Positions 1-10,656 of a DNA stretch of 64,000 bases are shown in pieces. Every line of letters begins with the position of its first letter. Position 1 is the first letter of the stretch. A model generated the notes under the pieces. The model was not told the DNA's origin and ran no database searches. It was given only the letters and a program-made list of their open reading frames with translations. Both the position numbers and the translations under genes were made by a program. The DNA comes from an uncultured Chloroflexia bacterium (lineage in GTDB: Bacteria > Chloroflexota > Limnocylindria > Limnocylindrales > CSP1-4), in contig CAVPEU010000015.1 in assembly GCA_963703575.1 (NCBI GenBank), positions 19,762 to 83,761 of the forward strand, in the 5' to 3' direction.

Positions 1-445
1 GGGACGAGGACCAGCTCCCAGAACACGTAGAACAGGAACAGGTCCAGGGCGACGAACACGCCCGTCATGCCGACCTCGAGGACGAGGAAGGAGATCATGT
101 ACTCCTTGACCCGGTTCTGGATCGGCCGGAACGAGGCGAGGATGCTGATCCAGGTCAGCGTCGTGGTGAGCACGACCATCGCCATCGACAGTCCGTCCAC
201 GCCGACCTTGTACTGGATCCCGAACAGCGGGATCCAGGGGGCCTGGTCGACGAACTCGAAGCCCGGCCGGCCGGGCGTGAAGCCGATGAGCAGGATCAGC
301 GAGACCGCCCACGCCGCGAGCGCGAAGCCGAGCGCGGTATAGCGGATGAGGTCCGTCCGCTTGCCCGGCAGGAACCCGACGACGATCGCGCCCAGCAACG
401 GCAGGAACGTGATCAGCGAGACGATCGGGAAGTCGGACACGTTCA

Positions 446-446
<1 letters not shown>
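1..446 (-). CDS. nuoM: NADH-quinone oxidoreductase subunit M, N-terminal part; gene continues past the window edge
   Basis: Absent from the ORF track because it runs off the window. My minus-strand translation from the ATG at 446-444 gives MNVSDFPIVSLITFLPLLGAIVVGF...DLFLFYVFWELVLV, a polytopic antiporter-like subunit. Its start overlaps the nuoL stop by 1 nt. Confidence 0.85.
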
Positions 447-2494
<2,048 letters not shown>

Positions 2495-2509
2495 CGTCGT
2501 CCCGCTGCC

Positions 2510-2842
2510 CTATTGCCGCATCGCGTCGTACTCGTCGACGAGCGGCGTCCTGCGGTTGCGGAAGATCGCGATCACGATCGCGAGCCCGACGGTCGCCTCG
2601 GCGGCGGCGGCCGCCATCACGATCAGGACGATCACCGACGCGGTGGTTTTGAGCGAGGGGCTGAACGCGCCGAACGCGATGATCGCGAGGTTGACGGCGT
2701 TGAGCATCAGCTCGATCGACATCAGCATGCTGATCGCGTTCCGCCGGGCCAGGAACCCGAACGCGCCGATCGCGAACAGCAGGCCGGCCAGGACGAGGTA
2801 CGCGTCCAGGGACTGGGAGATCCGGTCGAGCATCGAGAGCAT
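2510..2842 (-). CDS. nuoK: NADH-quinone oxidoreductase subunit K
   Basis: Last 110 aa of the 2510..6346 ORF (MLSMLDRISQSLDAYLVLAGLLFAIGAFGF...). Three TM helices typical of NuoK. ATG at 2842-2840 overlaps the nuoJ stop by 1 nt. Confidence 0.9.
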   Translation of the reverse strand: MLSMLDRISQSLDAYLVLAGLLFAIGAFGFLARRNAISMLMSIELMLNAVNLAIIAFGAFSPSLKTTASVIVLIVMAAAAAEATVGLAIVIAIFRNRRTPLVDEYDAMRQ

Positions 2843-3378
2843 CAGTCGTCCGCCCCGCGCTCGCGCTTGGCGAGGAACACGCCGCCGACCACGGCGGCCA
2901 GGAGCAGGACGCTCACGACCTCGAACGGCAGGACGTAGTCCGTGAACAGCGCGTTCGCCACGTCCTCGGTGCTCGTCCAGACCCGGCCGGCCGTCTGCGG
3001 CCAGTCCGTGGCGGTCACGGTGACCGCGATCAGGATCGCCAGCACCACTGCGGCGATCGCCGCCGGGAGCGCCTGTGTCTGGAACACCAGGCGGCTGGGC
3101 GCGGCCTTGGTCTGGGTGATCATGATCGCGAACAGGACCAGCACGCTGATGGCGCCGATGTAGACGAGTACCTGGGCGCCGGCCACGAGCGGTGCCCCGG
3201 CCATGACGTACAGGCCGGCGAGCGCGCCGAAGGCCACCATCATCGCGAGGCCGCAGCGGATGATGTCGCGCATGCTGACGACCAGCAGCGCGGCACCGAT
3301 CATCACGCCGGCGAACGCGAGGAAGAGCAGGTCGTCCCAACCGATCCCGAGCAACGGGATCGTCCCAGGCAGCGTCAC
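2842..3378 (-). CDS. nuoJ: NADH-quinone oxidoreductase subunit J
   Basis: 178-aa membrane ORF with a NuoJ-like sequence (AGAQVLVYIGAISVLVLFAIMITQ) and operon context. Confidence 0.9.
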   Translation of the reverse strand: MTLPGTIPLLGIGWDDLLFLAFAGVMIGAALLVVSMRDIIRCGLAMMVAFGALAGLYVMAGAPLVAGAQVLVYIGAISVLVLFAIMITQTKAAPSRLVFQTQALPAAIAAVVLAILIAVTVTATDWPQTAGRVWTSTEDVANALFTDYVLPFEVVSVLLLAAVVGGVFLAKRERGADD

Positions 3379-3387
3379 ACGTCCCTC

Positions 3388-6300
3388 TCAGTGATCGTGG
3401 GCGTGGCCCGACCCGTTCCCGGACGCGGCCAGCGCCGCCTGTCCGGTCCCGTGGCCGTTCCCGTTCCCGTTCCCGTTTGCGAGCGAGGCCGGCAGGACCG
3501 GGAGGAGCCGCGAGGAGTCGAGGAGGCGTCCCTCGGCCCGCGCCCGCTCCGCCCAGTCGCGCTCGCGCCGGACGTAGCTCATCTCCGTCTCGCGTTCGAC
3601 CGCGGCCAGCGCGAGGAGGTCGATCATCGGCTCCTCGCGGGACGTGTGGCTGAGCTCGAACTGGTCGCTGTCGCGGACGGCATCGTATGGACAGGCGTCG
3701 ACGCAGATGCCGCACAGGATGCAGCGGCTCTCGTCGACCTCGTACTTCTGCAGGACCCGCGGCTTGGGCATCAGCGCGCCGGTCGGGCACGTCTCCGCGC
3801 ACCGGCCGCAGGACACGCAGGGCGTGTCGTTGAGGCTCATGTCCAGCGGCGTCGTCACCAGGGTGTCGAAGCCGATCCGCATGAAGTCGTAGCACGCCGC
3901 GCCGACGACCTCGGCGCACACGTTCGCGCAGCGGCCGCAGTCGATGCACCGCGACGGCTCCCGGAGGATGAACGCGTGGCTGTCGTCGCGGATGTAGTCG
4001 TGGTTGACGCCCGTGAACCGGTTCTCGGTCACGCTGCGGTAGCCGGCGCCCTGGTGGAACGCGGGCTCCAGCGTCCGGAGCGTGGTCCCGTACTCGATGC
4101 CCAGCCGGCGCAGGTCGCAGAACCCGATCGCCTCGCAGGTGCACTGGAGGCAGCGGGTGGACTCCGCGACGGCCTCGTCCCGGGTGTACGGGATCTCGTA
4201 CTCCATGTAGCTGGTGTTGCGGGCATCCGCCTCGAGGGCCTTGAGGCGGTAGCGCGGCTCCTTGATCTCGCCCGTGAACGGGACGATCGAGAGGAACTCG
4301 GGCTGCGGCTCGGCGAGCGTCTGGCGGGTGCGGATCGCCGCGAGGTCCTGGCCCTTGAGGTAGGCGTCCACCGCGTAGGCGGCACGGCGTCCCTCGGCGA
4401 TCGCCTGGACGACGGTCGCGGCGCCGATCCGCACGTCGCCGGTGCCGAACACGCCGGGCCGGGCCGTCTCGAACGTGACGGCATCCGCGCCCAGCCGGCG
4501 CTGCTTCGTGGCGACCGGGCCGTCGGAGCCGGGACCGATCCAGCGCAGGTCCGGGCCCTGGCCGATGGCCAGCAGCACGCGGTCGCAGGGGATCGTGAAC
4601 TCCGTGCCGGGCGCGGGCTCCGGGCGCCGCCGGCCGGAGGCGTCGGGCTCGCCCAGCTGCATCCGGATGAACTCGACGCCGGTCACCTTGCCGGTCTGCT
4701 CGTCCGTGATGACGCGCGTCGGGCCGGCCTGGAAGATCGCCGTGACCCCTTCCTCGATCGCCTCGTGGACCTCGCCCGACGCGGGCATGTCCTTCATGTC
4801 GCGCCGGTAGACGAGGGTGACCTCCTTCGCGCCCTGGCGGATCGACGTTCGGCTGCAGTCCATCGAGGTGAAGCCGCCGCCGATGACGACCACGCGCGAG
4901 CCCTTGTGCCCCGGGTACTCGAGGCCGAGCGTCGCCGTGCGCAGGTATTCGAGGCCGTCGATGACGCCGTCGGCGTCCTCGTCGGGGATGCCCAGCTTGT
5001 TGGTGTCGTAGCAGCCGATGGCGACGACGACCGCGTCGAAGCCCTGGTTCTGCAGGTCGTCGAGCGTGAAGTCCCTGCCCAGCTCCTGGTTGCACCGGAG
5101 CTGGCCGCCCAGGCGCAGGACCGACTCGTACTCGGCCTCCAGGACCTCGACCTTGGGCAGGCGGTACTGCGGGATGCCGTAGCGGAGCATGCCGCCGGGG
5201 GCGGGGTCCCGCTCGAAGACCGTGACGTCGTGGCCGCTGAGCAGCAGGTAGTAGGCGGCGCTCATGCCGGCCGGGCCGGAGCCGATGACCGCGGCACGAC
5301 GGCCCGACGGCGCCTGGCGCTCGAACGGGATCGGCGGATCCACGTTCTCGTCGAGCATCGACCGGAGGACCTGGTCGCCAGCGTAGCGGTGGCTGTCGCG
5401 GATCGCGATCGCCTCGTCCACCTCGTCCCGGCGGCAGTGCTCCTCGCACGGGGCCGGGCACACCCGGCCGAGCACGGACGGGAACGGGATCGTGCGCTTG
5501 AAGATCCGCGTGCTCTCGCGCCAGTTGGCCTCGGCATTCGCCTTGAGGAAGCCCGGGATGTCGATGTGGCTCGGGCACTTGTTCTGGCACGGCGGCAGGC
5601 AGTAGGCGTTGTGGTCGCTGAAGATCAGCTCGAGGTTCGTCCGCCGCAGCCGGCGCAGATCGTCGGTCTGGGTCTGGACGACCATGTCCGCCTCGGCGTG
5701 GCGGGAGCACGAGATCGGCGGGGTGTCCTCGCCCTCGACCTCGACCACGCACATGCGGCAGGCGCCGAAGCCCGGCAGCTTGGGCTCGTAGCACAGGGTC
5801 GGGATCTCGATCCCGTTGTCCCGGCAGACCTCGAGGATCGTCTGGCCCTCGAAGCCCTCCACGACGCGGCCGTCCACCTCGATCCGGATCCGGGGCGTGC
5901 TCTGCGGGCGTTGCGGCGACTGGGTCGTGATCAACCGCTCGGCGAGCGAATCCTCGCGCGGCGTGAAGGTGTCCAGGAGCGTGGGCGAGTCCGGACGGAC
6001 CTCGCGCGGTCGCTCCAGCCGGGGATCGGGGCGCGTGATCAGGTCGGCCATCTCGGCAATATCCCGGTGGGCCGCGCCGGCCGCCACCGCGATCGGGTGA
6101 CAGACGCCGGCGGGGCAGGTGCTGCGGAGGATGTGGTCGTCGATCTCGGAGCGGAAGTATCGCATCCCGCTCGTGAACGGAAGGGTGGCCAGGCGCTCGT
6201 GGTCGCATAGGCCGCTGGCCGCGATGTCGTGCGCGAGGTCCGCCAGCAGCGTCGCGTCGGTCGGCCTGGGGCGGCCGCCGGCGACCCGGTCGCCGATCTC

Positions 6301-7392
6301 GTACATCCGACGGAGCCCGATCCGGCAGGGGATCGTCTTGCCGCACGCCTCATCGGCCGAGAAGCGGGTCAGCAGCCGGGCCAGGTCCACGACGCAGGCC
6401 CGGTCGTCGGCGATCACCACCGAGCCGGACCCGATATGGGCGCCGGCCGCGCGGAGCGCGTCGAACTCGTAGGGGGTGTCCAGGAGGTCGGCCGGCAGGA
6501 GGCCGCCCGTGGGACCGCCGACGAGGATGGCCTTGAGCGTCCGGCTGCCGGTGCCGCCGACGAGCTCGACCAGCTGGCGCAGCGTCGTCCCGAGCGGGAT
6601 CTCCGCGATGCCGGCACCCTCCGGGCCCCGGAGCTGGACGAGGATCGTGCCGGGGCTGGCGCCGGAGCCGATCGCGGCGAACGCGGCACCGCCCTCGCGG
6701 ACGATCCACGGGACGGCGGCCAGCGTCTGGACGTTGTTGACGACGGTGGGCTTGCCGAACAGGCCCCGCTCGGTGGGGTAGGGCGGCCGCTGCTCGGGCT
6801 GGCCGCGGCGGCCCTCGAGGGCCTTGAGCAGGACGGTCTCCTCGCCCAGCATGTACGCGCCCTGGACCGGGCGAACCGAGAGGAACACCGGGTGGCCGGA
6901 GCCCAGGACGTCCTCGCCGGCGAAGCCGGCCTCCTCGGCCGCGAGGACCGCCGCCTCCAGCCCCGCGACCAGCGCCCCGTCATCCCCGCGGACCGCGAGG
7001 ATGGCCTGCGTGGCCCCGGTCGCGAAGGCCGCGATCACGAGGCCCTCGATGACGGTCCACGGATCGGCGGCGAGGAGCCCGGCGTCCGTGTGCACCGCGG
7101 GGTCCGCGCCGTAGCCGTTGGCGACGACGTACCGCTGGTCCGCGGGCTGCGACGCGGCGGCGCGCCACTTCTCGGCGGTCGGGAACCCGGCGCCGCCGCG
7201 CCCGCGCAGGCCGGCCGCGGCGAGCGTGGCGATCGTGCCCGTGGCCCCCAGGTCCCGGACGGCCTTGCGTAGCCCCTCGAAGGCACCGGCCCGGACGGCC
7301 GCATCCAGGTCGGCGGGGTCGGCGGCGAGCACGTCCACGCGCCCGGTGAGGACGCGGGGCCAGGCGGGCGGCGTGGCGAGGAACGTGGGCAT
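3388..7392 (-). CDS. 1334-aa fusion protein: NuoF-like FMN/NADH domain, NuoG-type 2Fe-2S domain, GltD-like FAD/NAD(P)H oxidoreductase, and multi-[4Fe-4S] ferredoxin domains
   Basis: In-frame part of the 3388..7971 ORF starting at MPTFLATPP; the ATG at 7392-7390 overlaps the upstream stop by 1 nt, and there is no stop codon for 4005 nt. Motifs: GLRGRGGAGFPTAEKW, GAYMLGEETVLLKALEG, DEACGKTIPCRIG, CYEPKLPGFGACRMCVVEV, GRVCPAPCEEHC, AVIGSGPAGMSAAYYL, VVVIGGGFTSMDC, CIDCGRCANVC, CVSCGRCAETCP, CILCGICVDACP. Confidence 0.8.
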   Translation of the reverse strand: MPTFLATPPAWPRVLTGRVDVLAADPADLDAAVRAGAFEGLRKAVRDLGATGTIATLAAAGLRGRGGAGFPTAEKWRAAASQPADQRYVVANGYGADPAVHTDAGLLAADPWTVIEGLVIAAFATGATQAILAVRGDDGALVAGLEAAVLAAEEAGFAGEDVLGSGHPVFLSVRPVQGAYMLGEETVLLKALEGRRGQPEQRPPYPTERGLFGKPTVVNNVQTLAAVPWIVREGGAAFAAIGSGASPGTILVQLRGPEGAGIAEIPLGTTLRQLVELVGGTGSRTLKAILVGGPTGGLLPADLLDTPYEFDALRAAGAHIGSGSVVIADDRACVVDLARLLTRFSADEACGKTIPCRIGLRRMYEIGDRVAGGRPRPTDATLLADLAHDIAASGLCDHERLATLPFTSGMRYFRSEIDDHILRSTCPAGVCHPIAVAAGAAHRDIAEMADLITRPDPRLERPREVRPDSPTLLDTFTPREDSLAERLITTQSPQRPQSTPRIRIEVDGRVVEGFEGQTILEVCRDNGIEIPTLCYEPKLPGFGACRMCVVEVEGEDTPPISCSRHAEADMVVQTQTDDLRRLRRTNLELIFSDHNAYCLPPCQNKCPSHIDIPGFLKANAEANWRESTRIFKRTIPFPSVLGRVCPAPCEEHCRRDEVDEAIAIRDSHRYAGDQVLRSMLDENVDPPIPFERQAPSGRRAAVIGSGPAGMSAAYYLLLSGHDVTVFERDPAPGGMLRYGIPQYRLPKVEVLEAEYESVLRLGGQLRCNQELGRDFTLDDLQNQGFDAVVVAIGCYDTNKLGIPDEDADGVIDGLEYLRTATLGLEYPGHKGSRVVVIGGGFTSMDCSRTSIRQGAKEVTLVYRRDMKDMPASGEVHEAIEEGVTAIFQAGPTRVITDEQTGKVTGVEFIRMQLGEPDASGRRRPEPAPGTEFTIPCDRVLLAIGQGPDLRWIGPGSDGPVATKQRRLGADAVTFETARPGVFGTGDVRIGAATVVQAIAEGRRAAYAVDAYLKGQDLAAIRTRQTLAEPQPEFLSIVPFTGEIKEPRYRLKALEADARNTSYMEYEIPYTRDEAVAESTRCLQCTCEAIGFCDLRRLGIEYGTTLRTLEPAFHQGAGYRSVTENRFTGVNHDYIRDDSHAFILREPSRCIDCGRCANVCAEVVGAACYDFMRIGFDTLVTTPLDMSLNDTPCVSCGRCAETCPTGALMPKPRVLQKYEVDESRCILCGICVDACPYDAVRDSDQFELSHTSREEPMIDLLALAAVERETEMSYVRRERDWAERARAEGRLLDSSRLLPVLPASLANGNGNGNGHGTGQAALAASGNGSGHAHDH

Positions 7393-8054
7393 CAGTCCTG
7401 GCGCCCTCCGTAGCCCAGGGAGGCGTCCAGCGAGGAGCGGTACGCGGACTCGAGGACGCGGTGCGCCTCGCCGGCGGCCGGTGCGGCGGTGATCGCCGGC
7501 GGCTCGAACCGCAGGTGGCGGTAGTACGTGGCGGTCCCGTAGATCATCGCGTACCAGGCGCCCGTCACCCGCGAGATGTGCTTGAGCGCGGCGACCGGCA
7601 GGTAGCCGTACTCCGCCTGCGTCTCCTCGAGGATCGCGAGCATGTCCCTGGGGTCGTAGTCGTGCGCCTCGAGGATCGCGTCGATCGGCGTGGTGTCGAT
7701 GCCCTCGAAGCGGGCGTAGTCGCCGTCCGCCACCGGGCGGCCGGAGCGCCGGAGCGCCGATTCCTCGCGCCGCTCGTCGTACGTCTCGGGCGCGCCCCAG
7801 TGGACGTGGAACCGGCCCTTCGTGTCCACGCCGCCCATGTCGATGCACTCGATCGGGCAGGCCTGGGCGCACTGGAAGCACGTCTCGCACTTGAGCGTGC
7901 CGTACTCGTCGTACAGCAGCTGCAGGCGGCCGCGGAACTTCGGCGCGACGTCCGCCCGGACCTCGGGCCACTGGATGGTCGCCTTGGGCTGGAAGAACCG
8001 CCGCAGCGTGAGGCCCATGCCGCGGACCATGCCCATCCCCGGGATCGTGCTCAT
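7392..8054 (-). CDS. nuoI: NuoI-like subunit (single 4Fe-4S motif) fused to a cysteine-free NuoE-like N-terminal domain
   Basis: 220-aa ORF. The N-terminus (MVRGMGLTLRRFFQPKATIQWPE...PKFRGR...KCETCFQCAQACP) resembles NuoI. The C-terminal part (DAILEAHDYDPRDMLAILEETQAEYGYLPVAALKHISRVTGAWYAMIYGTATYYRHLRF) resembles the NuoE N-terminal helical domain. Confidence 0.8.
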   Translation of the reverse strand: MSTIPGMGMVRGMGLTLRRFFQPKATIQWPEVRADVAPKFRGRLQLLYDEYGTLKCETCFQCAQACPIECIDMGGVDTKGRFHVHWGAPETYDERREESALRRSGRPVADGDYARFEGIDTTPIDAILEAHDYDPRDMLAILEETQAEYGYLPVAALKHISRVTGAWYAMIYGTATYYRHLRFEPPAITAAPAAGEAHRVLESAYRSSLDASLGYGGRQD

Positions 8055-8058
8055 CGGG

Positions 8059-9411
8059 TCACCCGCCCTTCACGGACTGGACCACGAGGATCGCCGCCGC
8101 GGTCAGGAACAGGTTGAGGAGCGCGGCCGGCAGCAGCCACTTCCAGGCCAGCCCCATCAGCTGGTCGATGCGGACCCGCGGCAGCGTGCCGCGCATCCAC
8201 ACGAAGATGAACACGAAGATGAACGACTTGGCCATGAACCAGACGAGGCCGGCGACCCAGTCCAGCCCGACATAGGCGACGCCGAACAGCGCTCCGGCCG
8301 CCAGCAGGCCGGAGAGGAGGAAGCCGAGCACGAGCGCCTGCCAGGCCGGCGTGGAGCTGCGGGCGAGGTAGAACGGCGCCGCGAACAGCAGCGTCAGCAC
8401 CAGGGGGCCGGCCGCGACGAGGATCGGCAGCCCGACCCCGAGCGAGCCCGGGTCCAGCGCGAGCGTGATGTGGGGGAACGGGAAGGGCGCGTTCCAGGCA
8501 CCGAAGAACAGCGTGACGATCAGCGCCGAGACGATGAACACGTTCACGTACTCGGCGAAGTACAGGAAGCCGAACCGCATGCCGGAGTACTCGGTCGCGA
8601 ACCCGGCGACGATCTCCGAGTCCGCCTCGGTCAGGTCGAACGGGGTCCGGTTCGCCTCCGCGGTGGCGGCGATGAAGAAGATCAGCGCGCCCAGGGGCTG
8701 GCGGAACACGAACCAGCTGGTGAACCAGCCCTCCTGTGCCTGCGCGATGTCGTAGACGCTCAGGGTGCCGGCCAGCAGGATCAGCCCCACCACCGAGAGC
8801 GTGAGCGGGATCTCGTAGCTCACGATCTGCGCGGCGGACCGCAGGCCGCCCACCAGCGAGTACTTGTTGAAGCTGGACCAGCCGGCCATCAGCAGGCCGA
8901 CGACGGTCATGCCGCCGACCGCGAACAGGTACAGCAGGCCGATGTTGAGGTCCTGGCCCACCAGCCCCGGGCCGAACGGGATGACCATGAACGTCATCAC
9001 CGCGGTCAGGAACACCACCACCGGGGCCAGGGTGAACACGATGCGGTCCGCCCCGGTGGGAGTGAAGTCCTCCTTGAGCAGGACCTTGAACCCGTGGACC
9101 ACCGACATCGCCGCCCCGCCGGGCCCGATCCGGTTGGGCCCGACCCGGAGGTTCATGTAGGCGATGACCTTGAGCTCCATGTAGATGATGATGAACGCGG
9201 CCGGGATGCTGAACACCAGGACCCCGACGACGGCGACCAGGAACCGGACGATGCCGATGTTCGAGGCCAGGACGTCCACGACCCACGGGCCCACGAACAC
9301 CGCGACCAGCACGGTCAGGACCGGCGCGACAACCAGCAGCAGGAACAGCAGCGGCAGCAGCACCTTGCCGGTGAGGGTCAGGTTGCCCCAGGCACGGTTC
9401 AGCATCGTCAT
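8059..9411 (-). CDS. nuoH: NADH-quinone oxidoreductase subunit H, with an N-terminal extension
   Basis: 450-aa membrane ORF with LRVGPNRIGPGG, FTLAPVVVF and EYSGMRFGFLYFAEY motifs typical of NuoH/ND1. Confidence 0.95.
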   Translation of the reverse strand: MTMLNRAWGNLTLTGKVLLPLLFLLLVVAPVLTVLVAVFVGPWVVDVLASNIGIVRFLVAVVGVLVFSIPAAFIIIYMELKVIAYMNLRVGPNRIGPGGAAMSVVHGFKVLLKEDFTPTGADRIVFTLAPVVVFLTAVMTFMVIPFGPGLVGQDLNIGLLYLFAVGGMTVVGLLMAGWSSFNKYSLVGGLRSAAQIVSYEIPLTLSVVGLILLAGTLSVYDIAQAQEGWFTSWFVFRQPLGALIFFIAATAEANRTPFDLTEADSEIVAGFATEYSGMRFGFLYFAEYVNVFIVSALIVTLFFGAWNAPFPFPHITLALDPGSLGVGLPILVAAGPLVLTLLFAAPFYLARSSTPAWQALVLGFLLSGLLAAGALFGVAYVGLDWVAGLVWFMAKSFIFVFIFVWMRGTLPRVRIDQLMGLAWKWLLPAALLNLFLTAAAILVVQSVKGG

Positions 9412-9418
9412 CGCGGCC

Positions 9419-10654
9419 CTACTTGTCGATGCCGCCCATGACCGGGTCCAGCGAGGCCATCACGGCCATCGTGTCCGCGATCAGGTTGTTGCGCATCATC
9501 GGCCCGACCAGCTGGAGGTTCACGAACGACGGGTCGTGGATCTTCATCCGGAACGGCTGGTCCGTGCCGTCGGAGATCACGTACGTTCCATACATGCCGC
9601 GGGGCGCCTCGACGGCCGCCCAGGCGCGCCCCGGGCGCGGGCGGAGCAGCCGCGGCAGCCGGGCCATGACGGGCCCGTCGGGCATGTTGTGGAGGCACTG
9701 GTCGATGATCCGGAGGCTCTGCTTGACCTCGTCCAGGCGCAGCAGGTAGCGGTCCAGCGAATCCCCGCCGGCGTGGCCGCGGGTCGGGATGTCGAACTCG
9801 AGCTCCGGGTAGACCGAGTAGGGGTGCGCCCGCCGGACGTCGAACGGGACGCCGGCCGCCCGGATGTTCGGTCCCGTGGTGCCCATCCGGAGCGCCGTCT
9901 CGCGGTCCAGCACGCCGATGCCCCGCATCCGGCGCACGAAGATCTCGTTCTCGTTGAGCAGCTGCATGTTCGCTTCGTGCTGGGCGGTCGCACGGCTCAT
10001 CCAGTCGCCGAGGCGGGACATGAACTCGTGGTTCAGGTCCCCGTTGACGCCGCCGATCCGGAAGTAGTTGAACAGCATCCGCTGGCCGGTGATGGCGGCC
10101 AGCATCTCCACGATCTCGTCGCGCTCGATGAAGCTGTACAGGATCGGGGTGAGGCCACCGAGGTCCAGCGCCATCCAGCCCATGTACAACCCGTGGCTGG
10201 CGACCCGGTTCAGCTCCCCGGTCAGGACCCGGATGTACTCCGCCCGCCGCGGCACCTGGACGTCAAGCAGCTGCTCGAACGCCATCACCGGTGCCCACTC
10301 CATGAACAGCGAGCTCACGTACTCGAGCGGGTCCACCTGGCTGAGGATGTGGTGATAGTCCGAGTTCTCGCACAGCTTCTCCACGCCGCGGTGGAGATAG
10401 CCGAGGACAGGGTCCAGGTCCACGACCTGCTCGCCGTTGATCTTGAGCACGATGCGCAGCACCCCGTGCGTGGACGGGTGCTGCGGGCCCATGTTGAGGA
10501 ACATCTCGCCGTCCCGGAGCGAGTAGAACTCGGCCTCGCGCTCGGTGCGCGGCGGGTACGGCGGGACGGCCTCGAACGCACCGATCTGGTCGTCGAGGAG
10601 GATCCGCGGGTCGTCCGCGGACGGGTGCTGGTGGGGCGCGGCGGGAGCGGTCAT
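9419..10654 (-). CDS. nuoD: NADH-quinone oxidoreductase subunit D
   Basis: Start at MTAPAAPHQ (ATG 10654-10652). NuoD motifs FLNMGPQHPSTHGVLRIVL, YLHRGVEKL, EAPRGMYG; C-terminal VMGGIDK. Confidence 0.95.
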   Translation of the reverse strand: MTAPAAPHQHPSADDPRILLDDQIGAFEAVPPYPPRTEREAEFYSLRDGEMFLNMGPQHPSTHGVLRIVLKINGEQVVDLDPVLGYLHRGVEKLCENSDYHHILSQVDPLEYVSSLFMEWAPVMAFEQLLDVQVPRRAEYIRVLTGELNRVASHGLYMGWMALDLGGLTPILYSFIERDEIVEMLAAITGQRMLFNYFRIGGVNGDLNHEFMSRLGDWMSRATAQHEANMQLLNENEIFVRRMRGIGVLDRETALRMGTTGPNIRAAGVPFDVRRAHPYSVYPELEFDIPTRGHAGGDSLDRYLLRLDEVKQSLRIIDQCLHNMPDGPVMARLPRLLRPRPGRAWAAVEAPRGMYGTYVISDGTDQPFRMKIHDPSFVNLQLVGPMMRNNLIADTMAVMASLDPVMGGIDK

Positions 10655-10656
10655 CG

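Noticed and set aside
3391-6210. 939-aa plus-strand ORF
   Set aside because: Antisense to the well-supported 1334-aa fusion gene, with a low-complexity translation.
2843-6346. Upstream 1168 aa of the 1278-aa minus-strand ORF 2510..6346
   Set aside because: Only the last 110 aa (NuoK) look like protein. The rest is an Arg/Pro/Gly-rich alternative frame running through nuoJ and the NuoF-fusion gene.
7393-7971. N-terminal 193 aa of the 1527-aa ORF 3388..7971
   Set aside because: Arg-rich junk in an alternative frame of the NuoI-like gene. The ATG at 7392 gives a 1-nt overlap with that gene's stop, and the NuoF-like sequence starts there.
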